A stretch of DNA of 50,630 nucleotides, from NCBI GenBank assembly GCA_016218805.1, contig JACRCW010000095.1, positions 1 to 50,630 on the forward strand, read 5' to 3'. Under the pieces are notes generated by a model. That model saw only the letters and a list, made by a program, of their open reading frames with translations. It was not told the DNA's origin and searched no databases. Position numbers and translations under genes: made by a program. This stretch comes from Deltaproteobacteria bacterium. Lineage in GTDB: Bacteria; Myxococcota; JACRCW01. Positions 8,271 to 18,007 of the stretch are shown in pieces; within the stretch, counting starts at the first letter, position 1, and every line of letters starts with the position of its first letter.

Positions 8271-11200
8271 TCAGTTCCCGGCATTCACAAACTGGAAGCG
8301 GATGTCAGACCAGGACCGGCGCGCCAGGCCCCACAGCTCCAGGTAGGACCAGTTGTTGTAGTCAAACCCGGGAACAAACACGGCCTCCAGTTGCCCGCTG
8401 ATGCCGCCGGGCGGGAGGTTGAACGGCGCGTTCTCCACCGTCGGGTAGGGCGGGAAGACCGGCAGGATGATCTTGGTGCGGTTGCCCTCCAGGTAGGCCA
8501 CCCAGCTGGTGCCGTCCTGCGCGTACAGGGAGAACTCGTAGAAGGACGGCTGCTGGCCGGTGGGCGGCTTGAGGCGGATGGTCCGGTACTGCATGGCGCC
8601 GTTGTCATCCGGGTCATCCAGGGACGGGAAACCCATCAGCGGTCCCAGCGTGAAGGCGTCCCCCAGCGGGCCGGACCCGTCCTGCAGGACGGTGGAGTAC
8701 GGCATGGCGGACGCCGTGGCGGACTGGAAGCGGGCAATGAACGTGAACAGGTCGCCGGGGGCTTCGGCGAAATTCTCCAGAATGTACTGCGTCTCGCCCG
8801 CGGTGCCCTGGCGGTCCCAGCCGGGGACGGGGTGCGCGCCTTCGCCGCCCAGGTTCACGTACGCAAGCATGATGTTGTCCAGGGTGTCCGGCGCCCGGTA
8901 CGGCGCATCCGGGAACATGATGGCCAGCCGCTTGGTGAGCGGAATGGACAGGACAATGTCACGGTTTTCGTAGACGCCACCCAGGTCCGCAGTGAGCCCG
9001 CGGTTGAAGCCAATCTGCGCCGCGCGGAACTCCGTGGTGGTGAGGTTGTAGATGCCGGCAATGGCAATGATGGCCATGGGGCCGGTGCGCCAGGCGGCGG
9101 GAATTTCGTACTGGCCGCCTTCCACAAACACCGTCTGCGACGGCGCGGGGACCCAGTCACTGGGCGGGTAGGAAAACGGCGAGGGCCACGTGTGGTAGAT
9201 GAACGCGGCGGCGATCTCGTCAGGCCCGAGGTTGGCCGGGTCAAACAGTTCCTTGGAGAAGCCGGTCACCGTGCCGCGGATGACGGGCGGTGGGGGGAGC
9301 ACGGGGCCCGGCGGCGGCGGCTGCGGCGGCGAGGGCGTGCCGCACCGGGGCGGGAAGGACGGGATCATCCACACTGAAATATCGGTGGCATTGATGCCGG
9401 CCATGGTCACGTACTGGTAGTTGCAGTGCGCCACGGTGACCGTCTGTGCGCCCATGACGTCCGGGCCGGACAGCGTGACGTCACCGCGCTCATTGGTGAA
9501 GCCGGTGTACTGTGCGCCGGACTCCGTCCCCAGCACGGCCAGCGCCTGGTACACGGGGAAGCTGGTGACGATATCCATGGCGTTGATGTTGACGCTGCCG
9601 TTGACGGCGCCGCCACGCACGCCGCCGACGATGAAGGCCGGGTCATAGAACGTGAAGGCGCGGGCGCGCGTGGCGGTCTCCGTGGCGAAGCCCACCGACA
9701 CATCCACCAGGCCGGCCGCGTGCTGGGGCGAGTACACCGTCAGCGTGGTGTCCGACAGGACCAGCGGCATGGGCGCGTTGGTGTCTCCAAACCGGACGCG
9801 CAGCCCCGGGCGCGAGGAGAAGCCCAGGCCGCGCACCACCACGTAGGTGCCGCCAGCCTGCGCACCGCGGATGGGTTCCACGGCGAGGACGGCCAGTGAG
9901 CCGGCGTAGCGGAACGCGGCCGGGAGGGTGGCGCTGCCCGTGCCGGGGCAGGTAACCACAAGGTCCGCATCCCCGGGTGACCCGGGCGGCGCCGCCGACG
10001 TGGCGGAGCTGGCAGAGTCCACCGTGACGACGAGCGGCAGCCCGCCGAGTGTGAAGGTGCATGCCGCATCCAGCAGGGTCCCGGTGATGCTGAGGACGGT
10101 GCCGCCCGCCGCCGGCCCGCCGGCCGGCTGCAGGTCGCTGAGCGTGACGCGGGGTTCGTAGGTGAACGCGTCCGCGCGCGACAGCGTGGTGCCTGCGCGG
10201 CTGACCGCCACGGTGACGGGACCGGCGGCGGCGGCGGGCGGGGAGCGCGCCACCAGGTGGTTGGCGTCCACCACCGTCACGTCAGACGCGGCGGTAGTCC
10301 CAAACCACACCGCCAGGTCAGCGCCATCCAGCGCCACGCCCTGCAGGTGCACCGCGGTGCCGCCGCCAAGCGGGCCCGCCGCGGGGGTGACGGAGGCCAG
10401 CACGGGGGCGGGCGAGGCGGCCAGGTAGGTGTAGCCGCCCGGGAGTGTCACGGACTGCTGCAGCGCGGGCTCGGAGACGGTGACGTCCACCGCGCCGGGC
10501 GCGGCGGCGGCGGGCACGGCAACGCGCACGCGGTCCTCGCCGACAAAGTCCACCAGGCGGCCGGCCAGCCCGCCCACCCGCACCGCCACGTCCTCCGACA
10601 GGCCGTGGCCGTACACCGCCACGAGGTTGCCGCCGGCGGTGGGCCCGGTGGCCGGTTCCACGCGCTCCACCTGCAGCGGGGCCACATAGCGCAGCCCCAG
10701 GGGAAGGCGCGCGCTGCCAAAGCGGCTGACCACTTCCACGTCCACGCGGCCGGCGGAGCCCGGCGGGGTGACCGCGGTGAGCTGCGCGCCGTCGCTGCTC
10801 ACCGTGACGCCGGTGGCGGCGCGCCCGCCAAAGGTGACCACGTGGTCGGATTCAAAGCCTTCCCCGGTGAGGATGACCGTGGTCCCGCCGGCGGTGGGCA
10901 CGGCCGCGGGGGAGACGGCGGTGACGCGCAGCGCGTTGAAGTACGTGAAGGACGCGGGCAGCACCGCCTCCTCCAGGATGCCCGCGTCCGCCCCGGCGCC
11001 GTCGGTGATCTGCACCTTCACGTCAACAATGTCCGGGCCGGAGGCCTGTGGCAGGAACGCAAAGATGGTGTTCTGCGTGGCCAGCACAATGCCGGCCTGG
11101 AGGCTTTCATACGGGCCAAAGAACACCCGCATGCGCGAGGGCGCGGTGAAACCGCTTCCGTTGATGCGGATGCGGCACAGCGTCCCGTTGCAGCGCCCGT

Positions 11201-11507
11201 CCACCGGCCCGGTGTTGGGCAGCACGTCGCTGAGCGTCAGGCCCGGGGGGCCCGCGTCTCCCCCATCCTGGGAGCCGGCGTCTCCGGGGCCGCCATCCAG
11301 GGTGCCACCCGTGGACGAGGATGAAGACGAAGACGAGGAGGACGAGGAGGACGACGACGAGCTGGCGGCCCCGCTGCTGCTGCCGCCGCCGCTGCCCGAG
11401 CCGGACGACGACGAGCTGGAGCCTTCGCCGTTGGCGCCGCCGCAGTCGGCGCATCCCCCACCCCAGCCCAGCAGGCCTGCCGCCAACAGCCCCGTGATGC
11501 GCCGCAT
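8271..11507 (-). CDS. IPT/TIG-repeat cell-surface (lipo)protein
   Basis: Signal/lipobox-like N-terminus (GGGCADCG), poly-Ser linker, six IPT/TIG repeats (e.g. VTAVSPAAVPTAGGT, VERVEPATGPTAGGN), a Pro-rich hinge and a C-terminal beta-rich region. Confidence 0.85.
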   Translation of the reverse strand: MRRITGLLAAGLLGWGGGCADCGGANGEGSSSSSSGSGSGGGSSSGAASSSSSSSSSSSSSSSSSTGGTLDGGPGDAGSQDGGDAGPPGLTLSDVLPNTGPVDGRCNGTLCRIRINGSGFTAPSRMRVFFGPYESLQAGIVLATQNTIFAFLPQASGPDIVDVKVQITDGAGADAGILEEAVLPASFTYFNALRVTAVSPAAVPTAGGTTVILTGEGFESDHVVTFGGRAATGVTVSSDGAQLTAVTPPGSAGRVDVEVVSRFGSARLPLGLRYVAPLQVERVEPATGPTAGGNLVAVYGHGLSEDVAVRVGGLAGRLVDFVGEDRVRVAVPAAAAPGAVDVTVSEPALQQSVTLPGGYTYLAASPAPVLASVTPAAGPLGGGTAVHLQGVALDGADLAVWFGTTAASDVTVVDANHLVARSPPAAAAGPVTVAVSRAGTTLSRADAFTYEPRVTLSDLQPAGGPAAGGTVLSITGTLLDAACTFTLGGLPLVVTVDSASSATSAAPPGSPGDADLVVTCPGTGSATLPAAFRYAGSLAVLAVEPIRGAQAGGTYVVVRGLGFSSRPGLRVRFGDTNAPMPLVLSDTTLTVYSPQHAAGLVDVSVGFATETATRARAFTFYDPAFIVGGVRGGAVNGSVNINAMDIVTSFPVYQALAVLGTESGAQYTGFTNERGDVTLSGPDVMGAQTVTVAHCNYQYVTMAGINATDISVWMIPSFPPRCGTPSPPQPPPPGPVLPPPPVIRGTVTGFSKELFDPANLGPDEIAAAFIYHTWPSPFSYPPSDWVPAPSQTVFVEGGQYEIPAAWRTGPMAIIAIAGIYNLTTTEFRAAQIGFNRGLTADLGGVYENRDIVLSIPLTKRLAIMFPDAPYRAPDTLDNIMLAYVNLGGEGAHPVPGWDRQGTAGETQYILENFAEAPGDLFTFIARFQSATASAMPYSTVLQDGSGPLGDAFTLGPLMGFPSLDDPDDNGAMQYRTIRLKPPTGQQPSFYEFSLYAQDGTSWVAYLEGNRTKIILPVFPPYPTVENAPFNLPPGGISGQLEAVFVPGFDYNNWSYLELWGLARRSWSDIRFQFVNAGN

Positions 11508-11570
11508 TCCGCCTCCAACCCCCGCCCAGGCGGGGGGAACCGGTCCAAGCTAGCAAACCCCGTCCCGTCC

Positions 11571-12668
11571 TCAAGGCCCGCTTGTCGTAGTGGTGGGCCC
11601 GCGCAGTTGTTCCGCCTGGTGGTGGGCCGCCAGCGCGCTGATGACGGGCTCCAAGTCACCGTCCATCAGGCGCGGCAGGTTGTGCAGCGTCAGGCCAATG
11701 CGGTGGTCCGTCAGACGGTCCTGCGGGAAGTTGTACGTGCGGATCTTGTCGGACCGGTCCCCGCTCTTGACCTGGGCGCGGCGGTCGGCGGCCAGCTTGG
11801 CGTCAGCCTCCTCGCGCTGCTTCTCAGCCAGGCGGGCGCGCAGCACCTTCATGGCGCGGCTCTTGTTCTTCACCTGGGAGCGCTCGTCCTGGCACTGCAC
11901 CACAATGCCCGTGGGCAGGTGCGTGATGCGCACAGCGGACTCCGTCTTGTTCACGTGCTGCCCGCCGGCGCCGGAGCTGCGGTACACGTCAATGCGCAGC
12001 TCGGTCTCATCCACCCGGACGTCCACCTCATCCATCTCCGGCATGACGGCCACGGTGGCCGCGGAGGTGTGGATGCGGCCCTGCGCCTCCGTGGCGGGGA
12101 CGCGTTGCACGCGGTGGACGCCGCTTTCGTGCTTGAAGGCGGAGTACGCGCCCTGGCCCTCCACGTTGACAATGACCTCCTTGAAGCCGCCGGCGGGACC
12201 GGGGCTCTCAGAGATGGGCTCCACCTTCCAGCGGCGCCGTTCCGCAAAGCGCGTGTACATGCGCACCAGGTCACCCGCAAACAGCGCGGCCTCGTCGCCA
12301 CCGGTGCCCGCGCGGATCTCCAGGATGACGTTGCGGTCATCATTGGGATCACGCGGGAGCAGCAGCAGGCGCAGGGACTGCTCCAGCTCCGGGAGTGCCG
12401 CGTCCAGCCGCGCCAGGTCGTCGCGGGCCATGGCACGCAGGTCGGCGTCGGAGTCGCGGGTGAGCGCGTCGCATTCGTCGCGCTGGCGGAGCGTGTCACG
12501 CCAGCGGCGGAAGGCGTCCACCACCTCGGTCAGTTGCGCGCGCTCGCGCGTGAGCCGCGTGAGCTCCGGGACGTCTGCCAGCACGCGCGGATCAGTCAGG
12601 CGCGCGGTGAGCGCCTCAAAGCGGGCCTCCACGTCCTCCAGCTTGGTCAGCAGGACCGGGTCCGCCAT
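11571..12668 (-). CDS. prfA: Peptide chain release factor 1
   Basis: [32 protein letters not shown] (PxT = RF1 specificity motif), [15 protein letters not shown] and [15 protein letters not shown]. Confidence 0.97.
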   Translation of the reverse strand: MADPVLLTKLEDVEARFEALTARLTDPRVLADVPELTRLTRERAQLTEVVDAFRRWRDTLRQRDECDALTRDSDADLRAMARDDLARLDAALPELEQSLRLLLLPRDPNDDRNVILEIRAGTGGDEAALFAGDLVRMYTRFAERRRWKVEPISESPGPAGGFKEVIVNVEGQGAYSAFKHESGVHRVQRVPATEAQGRIHTSAATVAVMPEMDEVDVRVDETELRIDVYRSSGAGGQHVNKTESAVRITHLPTGIVVQCQDERSQVKNKSRAMKVLRARLAEKQREEADAKLAADRRAQVKSGDRSDKIRTYNFPQDRLTDHRIGLTLHNLPRLMDGDLEPVISALAAHHQAEQLRGPTTTTSGP

Positions 12669-12677
12669 GACGGCCGT

Positions 12678-12857
12678 TCAGCGTTTCTTTCCGCCCTTGG
12701 CACCCGGCGCGGTTGCGCCGTCCCCGGCGGGCTGCCGCATGTCCTTCACAACGCGTGCAATGACCCACAGGGCCACCACGGCCGGGCCCACAATGGTGAG
12801 CGCAAACGACAGGATCGGGAAGGCGATGTCAGCCCAGTAGACGCCCTGCTGATACAT
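12678..12857 (-). CDS. Small (59 aa) single-pass membrane protein
   Basis: ATG 12857 with a GAGGA RBS, one hydrophobic helix and a basic tail GGKKR. It ends 9 nt before the prfA start. Confidence 0.6.
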   Translation of the reverse strand: MYQQGVYWADIAFPILSFALTIVGPAVVALWVIARVVKDMRQPAGDGATAPGAKGGKKR

Positions 12858-13017
12858 GACCGTCCTCGGACCGGGAGTCTCCCCGGGAAGCCGGCGCCAT
12901 GTACCCAACGCGGAGGCATTGGGCAATGTGCAGGTGGGCGCCGCCCCAGCCACGCCGTGGACGAGGACGGCCCGCGCCTTGCCTGCCGGTCGCCAGTTCG
13001 CCACATAGCGCGGCTCC

Positions 13018-14313
13018 ATGTCCCGCGCTCCGCCGCCGGCTGCCGCCCACCGGGCCAGCCCCCTGCTGCTCATCTTCTTCACGGTGTTCCTGGACCTGCT
13101 GGGGTTTGGGATCATCATCCCGGTGCTGCCGTTCTACGCGGAGCACTACGGGGCCTCGCCGCTCGTCGTCACGCTGCTGGGGGCCTCGTACTCCATGATG
13201 CAGTTCCTGTTTGCGCCGCTGTGGGGACGGCTGTCAGACCGCGTGGGGCGGCGCCCGGTGATTCTCGTCGGCGTGGCCATGAGTGTGGTGGGGTACACGG
13301 TGTTTGGCCTGGCGCACACGCTGGGCGTGCTGTTCCTGGCGCGCATCCTGGCGGGCATTGGCAATGCCAACATCCCCACGGCGCAGGCGTACATTGCTGA
13401 CGTCACCACGCCGGAGAACCGCGCCAAGGGCATGGGCATCCTGGGGATGAGTTTTGGGCTGGGTTTCATCCTGGGGCCGGCCCTGGGGGGGGCCGCCGCC
13501 AAGCTGGGCGAGCGCCTGTCCGCGGGGGACCCCGCGGCGCTGTTCACCCAGACCAGTCTGCCGGCGTTTGTGGCGGCCGCGCTGGCGCTGGTGGACCTGG
13601 TGCTGGCGGGCTGGCTGCTGCCGGAGTCCCTGCAGCCCGGGGCACCGCACGCGCGCGCGGGCCGCGGGTTCCTGTCTCCGGCGGTGCTGGCGCACGCCGC
13701 ACGCACGCCGGTGGTGGGCGTGCTGCTGGTGGTGGGCTTCCTGTTCACCGTGTCATGGGCCAACGTGGAGCAGACCTTTGGCCTGCTGCTGGAGCGGAAG
13801 TTTGTGGAGCACCCCGGGACGCCGGAGGCCATGGGCAAAGCCATCGCGCTGACCACCACGGCGCTGACGCTTGTCGGGTTTGTGGCGGCGGTGGTGCAGG
13901 GCGGGCTGATTGGGCGGCTGACGCGGCGGTTCGGCGAGAAGGCGCTGTTGGCGTCCGGGCTGTTCCTGCAGGTGGTGGCGCTGGCGCTGATTGCGTACGT
14001 GCCCACGGAGCTCCTGCTGTACCCCGTGCTGGTCCTGATGGCGGTGGCCAACGGGCTGGTGAATCCGTCGTCATCCAGCCTGGTGAGCCGGGCGGCGCCG
14101 CCGGACGAGCAGGGCCTGACGCTGGGCATCGCGCAGTCGCTGGCGGCGCTGGGGCGCGCGCTGGGCCCGGTGTGGGGCGGGTGGCTTTTCGAACGGGACT
14201 TTCACCTGCCGTACGTGTCCTCCGCCGTGGTGATGCTGGTGGCGGCGGGCTTTGCGGTGACCATTCCCGCGTTGGTGAAAGTGGCGCCGCCGGTGGAGCA
14301 GGCACCGGCGTGA
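13018..14313 (+). CDS. MFS transporter, DHA1/TetA-like family
   Basis: FLDLLGFGIIIPVLP, motif A GRLSDRVGRRPV, AYIADVT, motif C GFILGPALGG and about 12 TM helices. Confidence 0.92.
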   Translation: MSRAPPPAAAHRASPLLLIFFTVFLDLLGFGIIIPVLPFYAEHYGASPLVVTLLGASYSMMQFLFAPLWGRLSDRVGRRPVILVGVAMSVVGYTVFGLAHTLGVLFLARILAGIGNANIPTAQAYIADVTTPENRAKGMGILGMSFGLGFILGPALGGAAAKLGERLSAGDPAALFTQTSLPAFVAAALALVDLVLAGWLLPESLQPGAPHARAGRGFLSPAVLAHAARTPVVGVLLVVGFLFTVSWANVEQTFGLLLERKFVEHPGTPEAMGKAIALTTTALTLVGFVAAVVQGGLIGRLTRRFGEKALLASGLFLQVVALALIAYVPTELLLYPVLVLMAVANGLVNPSSSSLVSRAAPPDEQGLTLGIAQSLAALGRALGPVWGGWLFERDFHLPYVSSAVVMLVAAGFAVTIPALVKVAPPVEQAPA

Positions 14314-14412
14314 ATGCGCGTGAATGCCTGCTGACGGGCACCGCCAGGACGTGGATGGCGGGGTGATCAGGTTGCGCTGCCTTGGCCGGTGGCTAGATGA
14401 AGTTGTGCTGCA

Positions 14413-15438
14413 ATGACGCCGCTCAAAGAACAGGCCAGGGAGTGGTTGGGCCCGTTGTACGAGCCCTTGCGCGCATACTTCTGGTCGGTTGCCAGCATTC
14501 AGCAGCGCATCAGTGTCTTCTGGCTTTTCACGGCCATTCTCACGGCGACGGCGTTGTACCTGTACCGGGACCGAAAAGCCCATCCCTTCACCTGGCGGGG
14601 GCTCCGGGCGTACCTGTTTCCAATCCACGTCTTTGCGCACCCCTCGGCGGTCGGTGATTACAAGCTGTTTGTGGTGAACAAGGCGGTGTTCCTGTTTGGC
14701 CTTGGCGCGTTGGCGGTCTCGGCGGACAGCGTGCAGGCGTACGTCCACACCCTGCTGCGGGACGAGCTCGGCGCGGCCCCTTGGACGGTGTCCGCCGGGA
14801 TGGGGGTGCACCTGGCCTTCGCGCTGGCCAGCCTGCTTGCATATGAGGTGGGCTACTTCTGGGCGCACTACCTGGGGCACAAGGTCCCGGTGCTGTGGGA
14901 GTTCCACAAGCTCCACCACTCCGCAGAGGTGCTCACGCCGTTCACCAGCTACCGCGAACACCCGGTGGACATCCTGATCCAATTCTCGGTGCAGGGAACG
15001 CTGATGGGTGCGGTGGCGGCGGGATTCACCTGGGCCTTTCCTGGTGCGGAAGTCGCCACCGTCTGGGGTATCAACGTAGTGTACCTGCCGTTCCATTGGA
15101 TTGCGAACCTGCGCCATTCGCACATTTGGCTGGCCTTTGGCCCGCGGCTGAGCCGCGTCCTGAGCAGCCCCGCGCAGCACCAGATCCACCACAGCAGCGC
15201 GCCCCAACATCGTGACGTGAACTTCGCCAACATGTTCGCGTTCCTCGACCACTTTGCGGGGACGCTGTACGTGGCGCCCAAAGACCCCGAGCCGATTGTG
15301 CTGGGGATCGGCGCGGTGACCCAGCCGTTTCCGAGCCTCACGAAGATGTACCTGGCTCCGTTCGCGGGCGCGGCTGGGCGGATTGTCCAGTGGTATGCAA
15401 AGCCCCAGGGCGGCGGAGACGTTGCGGATGACGCGTGA
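14413..15438 (+). CDS. Sterol desaturase / fatty acid hydroxylase family protein
   Basis: His boxes HYLGH, HKLHHS, RHSH and HQIHHS, plus TM segments. Confidence 0.9.
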   Translation: MTPLKEQAREWLGPLYEPLRAYFWSVASIQQRISVFWLFTAILTATALYLYRDRKAHPFTWRGLRAYLFPIHVFAHPSAVGDYKLFVVNKAVFLFGLGALAVSADSVQAYVHTLLRDELGAAPWTVSAGMGVHLAFALASLLAYEVGYFWAHYLGHKVPVLWEFHKLHHSAEVLTPFTSYREHPVDILIQFSVQGTLMGAVAAGFTWAFPGAEVATVWGINVVYLPFHWIANLRHSHIWLAFGPRLSRVLSSPAQHQIHHSSAPQHRDVNFANMFAFLDHFAGTLYVAPKDPEPIVLGIGAVTQPFPSLTKMYLAPFAGAAGRIVQWYAKPQGGGDVADDA

Positions 15439-15520
15439 CCGCCCCGGCGCGCCCCGGCAAACCCAATCAAGCCAACCAAATGCATGACCGTCCCGGACCC
15501 AATCAGGCAGCCGCGCTGAG

Positions 15521-16828
15521 TCAGTGCTGCGGGGCCGGACCGTCGCTGGAGCGCGTGAACAGGCCACCCAGGAGCTGCTCCTCCGCCACCATGGACTGGT
15601 CCAGCGCGTTCAACTCCTTCAGGGGGCTGGCCACCAGCCGCGCCACGGTGTGCCCGGCCAGGAAGAACAGCCCCATCATCAGCGGCGCGTCCCACATGCC
15701 AAGCGGCGTCTCCGCGGCGGCCAGCATGGAGATGGGCGCGGTGGCAATGGCGGTCATGAAGCCGGCACCGCGCGGGTCCGACAGGGCTCGCCGCCATGCA
15801 GGCGCTTCCGCGGACGCGCGCACGCGCACCGCCAGCTGGCTGAACAGCGGGATGTACTTCTGGGTCACCACGTCAGACGCCGCGCGCGCGTAGGCCTGTC
15901 CGGGGCCGCCCTCAGCGGTGGCGGCACGGCGCAGGCGCTGCAGGTAGGGGCGGGCGTGCTCCTCCAGGCGGTCCGGGTCCTCCTCCCCGGCCAACACGGC
16001 GTTCATCAGCACCGGGCGCAGCTCTGCCAGGACGTCCACCAGGCGCGCGGGCGCCGTTTCCGCGCCCAGGCGCGCCAGCACGCGGTCCTCGTCGGCCAGC
16101 GACGCCATCAGGGTGTTCTTGAGCTGACCGCGCAGCTTCTCCAGCACGGGCGCAACGCCCGCGTAGCCGACCAGGGCGAGCGTGGCGGTCACCAGCGGCG
16201 TGGAGACGGGCATGCGCAGCGTGAGCAGACCCACCGCGCCGCAGATGACGCCGCAGCCCTCCGGGCTCTCCAACAGGCGGCGGAACAGGCTGCCATCCCC
16301 GCGGTGCAGCACCGCGGCGTACCGCGCAAAGATCCCCGGCAGGCGGTTGGTGAGCGCGGCCCACGTGGCCTCCCACGCCTCCAGGGAGCGGCCGGACGAG
16401 CGGAGGAACAGTTCGCGCAGCTGCGGTTCATAGCGGTGGACCTCGCGGCGGAACGCGCCCACGTCGTCGGTACCGGCTGCGCGCAGGTTCTCCATGGGCT
16501 GCCAGAACACCTCCGCCAGCGCCGGCAGGCTGAAGCGCTGGTCCTCCGGAAAGCGTTCCAGCGCGCTGAGGAACGCGCCCTGCCGGCCGGATGACATCTC
16601 CGCCATCCGCGCGGACAACGCCTGCAGCAGTTCCTGCACGGCGGCGGTGTCCTTCACGTCAATGCCCGCGCGCTCGCAGGTGCCGCGGGCGGTCTCATCT
16701 GCCTGGGTGGGGTCCGCCACGGCGCGGTCCAGCGCCACAATGGCATCCGCCAGCTGGCCTTCCACCAGGAACCCGCCCGCCACCTGGTTGGCCTGGGCCG
16801 TACGTTGGGAGAGTGCTGAGGTGCTCAT
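15521..16828 (-). CDS. Hypothetical membrane protein with internal duplication
   Basis: 435-aa ORF with host-like codon use and an ATGA overlap with panE. It has two hydrophobic hairpins, each preceded by similar sequence. Confidence 0.75.
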   Translation of the reverse strand: MSTSALSQRTAQANQVAGGFLVEGQLADAIVALDRAVADPTQADETARGTCERAGIDVKDTAAVQELLQALSARMAEMSSGRQGAFLSALERFPEDQRFSLPALAEVFWQPMENLRAAGTDDVGAFRREVHRYEPQLRELFLRSSGRSLEAWEATWAALTNRLPGIFARYAAVLHRGDGSLFRRLLESPEGCGVICGAVGLLTLRMPVSTPLVTATLALVGYAGVAPVLEKLRGQLKNTLMASLADEDRVLARLGAETAPARLVDVLAELRPVLMNAVLAGEEDPDRLEEHARPYLQRLRRAATAEGGPGQAYARAASDVVTQKYIPLFSQLAVRVRASAEAPAWRRALSDPRGAGFMTAIATAPISMLAAAETPLGMWDAPLMMGLFFLAGHTVARLVASPLKELNALDQSMVAEEQLLGGLFTRSSDGPAPQH

Positions 16829-17937
16829 GAGGGGACCGCCGTCTGCGCATCGCGTCCGCGCAGGTGGCGCGTGTCGTCAAACAGCGCGCGCGCGTAGTCC
16901 ATGGACGGCTTCGCTTCACCGCGGGCAATGCGGTGGACGCGCGCGCGAATCTCCGTGTTGACCGGGACGGGGATGCCGTGGCGCGCGGCACGGTCCACAA
17001 TCTCACCGTTGAGGAAATCCACGGCGGGCGGGCGGCCGCGCTCCATGGCGGCGAGCATGGACGAGCGCAGCCGCCGGTAGCGCGCGCCCACGGCCACCAG
17101 CATGGTGTGCTTGGCGAAAAGCGCCGGTGAGCCGAGTCCCAGCATCCGCTCATCCGGTGTGAGGGCCAGCCACTCCAGGTCCAGCGTGCCGCTGACCTTC
17201 TCCAGCTTCACACCCTCCGCGTGCGCCACCTGCACCACCTCCGTCATGATCTCCAGCGCCAGGCGGCGGATGAAGCGCTGCCGCATCAGCACGCCCAGGC
17301 GCTCACCGCCCACCGTCCCCAGCGCGCTGATGGCGCAGTTGATGGCCAGCTTGCTCCACCGGGCGCCCGCCAGGTTGCCGGTGGTCTCCACCGGGCCCAC
17401 GCTCTCCAACAGCGCGGCCAGCGTGTCCATTGCCGCGTCATGGCTGCCGTCCATCCGTCCCAGCACAAACCCGCCGTGCGCCGTGCGGTCATACAGGCCC
17501 GGCTCCAGCATGCTGGCGCCCCACGCGACAATGGCCCCCAGCACGCGGTCCGCCCCGACGATGGGCGCGACGCGCAGCTCACACAGGCCGTTCTGGAAAC
17601 ACACCATGCGGCCGTCCGGCGCCAGCGCAGGCGCGGCGCGGCGCGCGGCCTCCTCCACGGCGGGCGGCTGCGTGGCCAACAGGATGAAGTCAAACGGGCC
17701 CGCGCCCGGCGGCAGCTCCGCCAGCGCGCGGATGCCCATGACCACGCGCTCCTGGCCCTCTTCGCGCACGCGCGCGCCCTGGCGGTTGAGCACTTCCGCA
17801 ATGGCGGGGTTGCCCGTCACGGCGGTCACCGGCACGTCCATCTCAGCCAGGTTGGCGGCAACAATGCCGCCGATGCCGCCGCACCCGACGACCAGCACGC
17901 GCGGCCGACCCTGCTCACCCGACGCGGTTTCCGCCAT
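16825..17937 (-). CDS. panE: 2-dehydropantoate 2-reductase (ketopantoate reductase family)
   Basis: GCGGIGG Rossmann motif, FQNG, WSKLAINC and SSML...GR...VDFLNGEIV..A..HGIPVPVN. Confidence 0.85.
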   Translation of the reverse strand: MAETASGEQGRPRVLVVGCGGIGGIVAANLAEMDVPVTAVTGNPAIAEVLNRQGARVREEGQERVVMGIRALAELPPGAGPFDFILLATQPPAVEEAARRAAPALAPDGRMVCFQNGLCELRVAPIVGADRVLGAIVAWGASMLEPGLYDRTAHGGFVLGRMDGSHDAAMDTLAALLESVGPVETTGNLAGARWSKLAINCAISALGTVGGERLGVLMRQRFIRRLALEIMTEVVQVAHAEGVKLEKVSGTLDLEWLALTPDERMLGLGSPALFAKHTMLVAVGARYRRLRSSMLAAMERGRPPAVDFLNGEIVDRAARHGIPVPVNTEIRARVHRIARGEAKPSMDYARALFDDTRHLRGRDAQTAVPS

Positions 17938-18007
17938 GTTCACGTCAGTACCCAATGCGGGCGCGCGTTTCCACCCACCGCGGCCCCCTGCTATGCCGCG
18001 CGCGCCC

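Noticed and set aside
11571..12668. prfB with programmed frameshift
   Set aside because: The ORF is continuous and has the RF1 PxT motif rather than SPF.
13018..14313. Bona fide tetracycline resistance gene tetA linked to the tetO-like site
   Set aside because: It is a generic DHA1 MFS with no adjacent tetR. The tetO-like palindrome is ~28 kb away, beside a different TetR-family gene.
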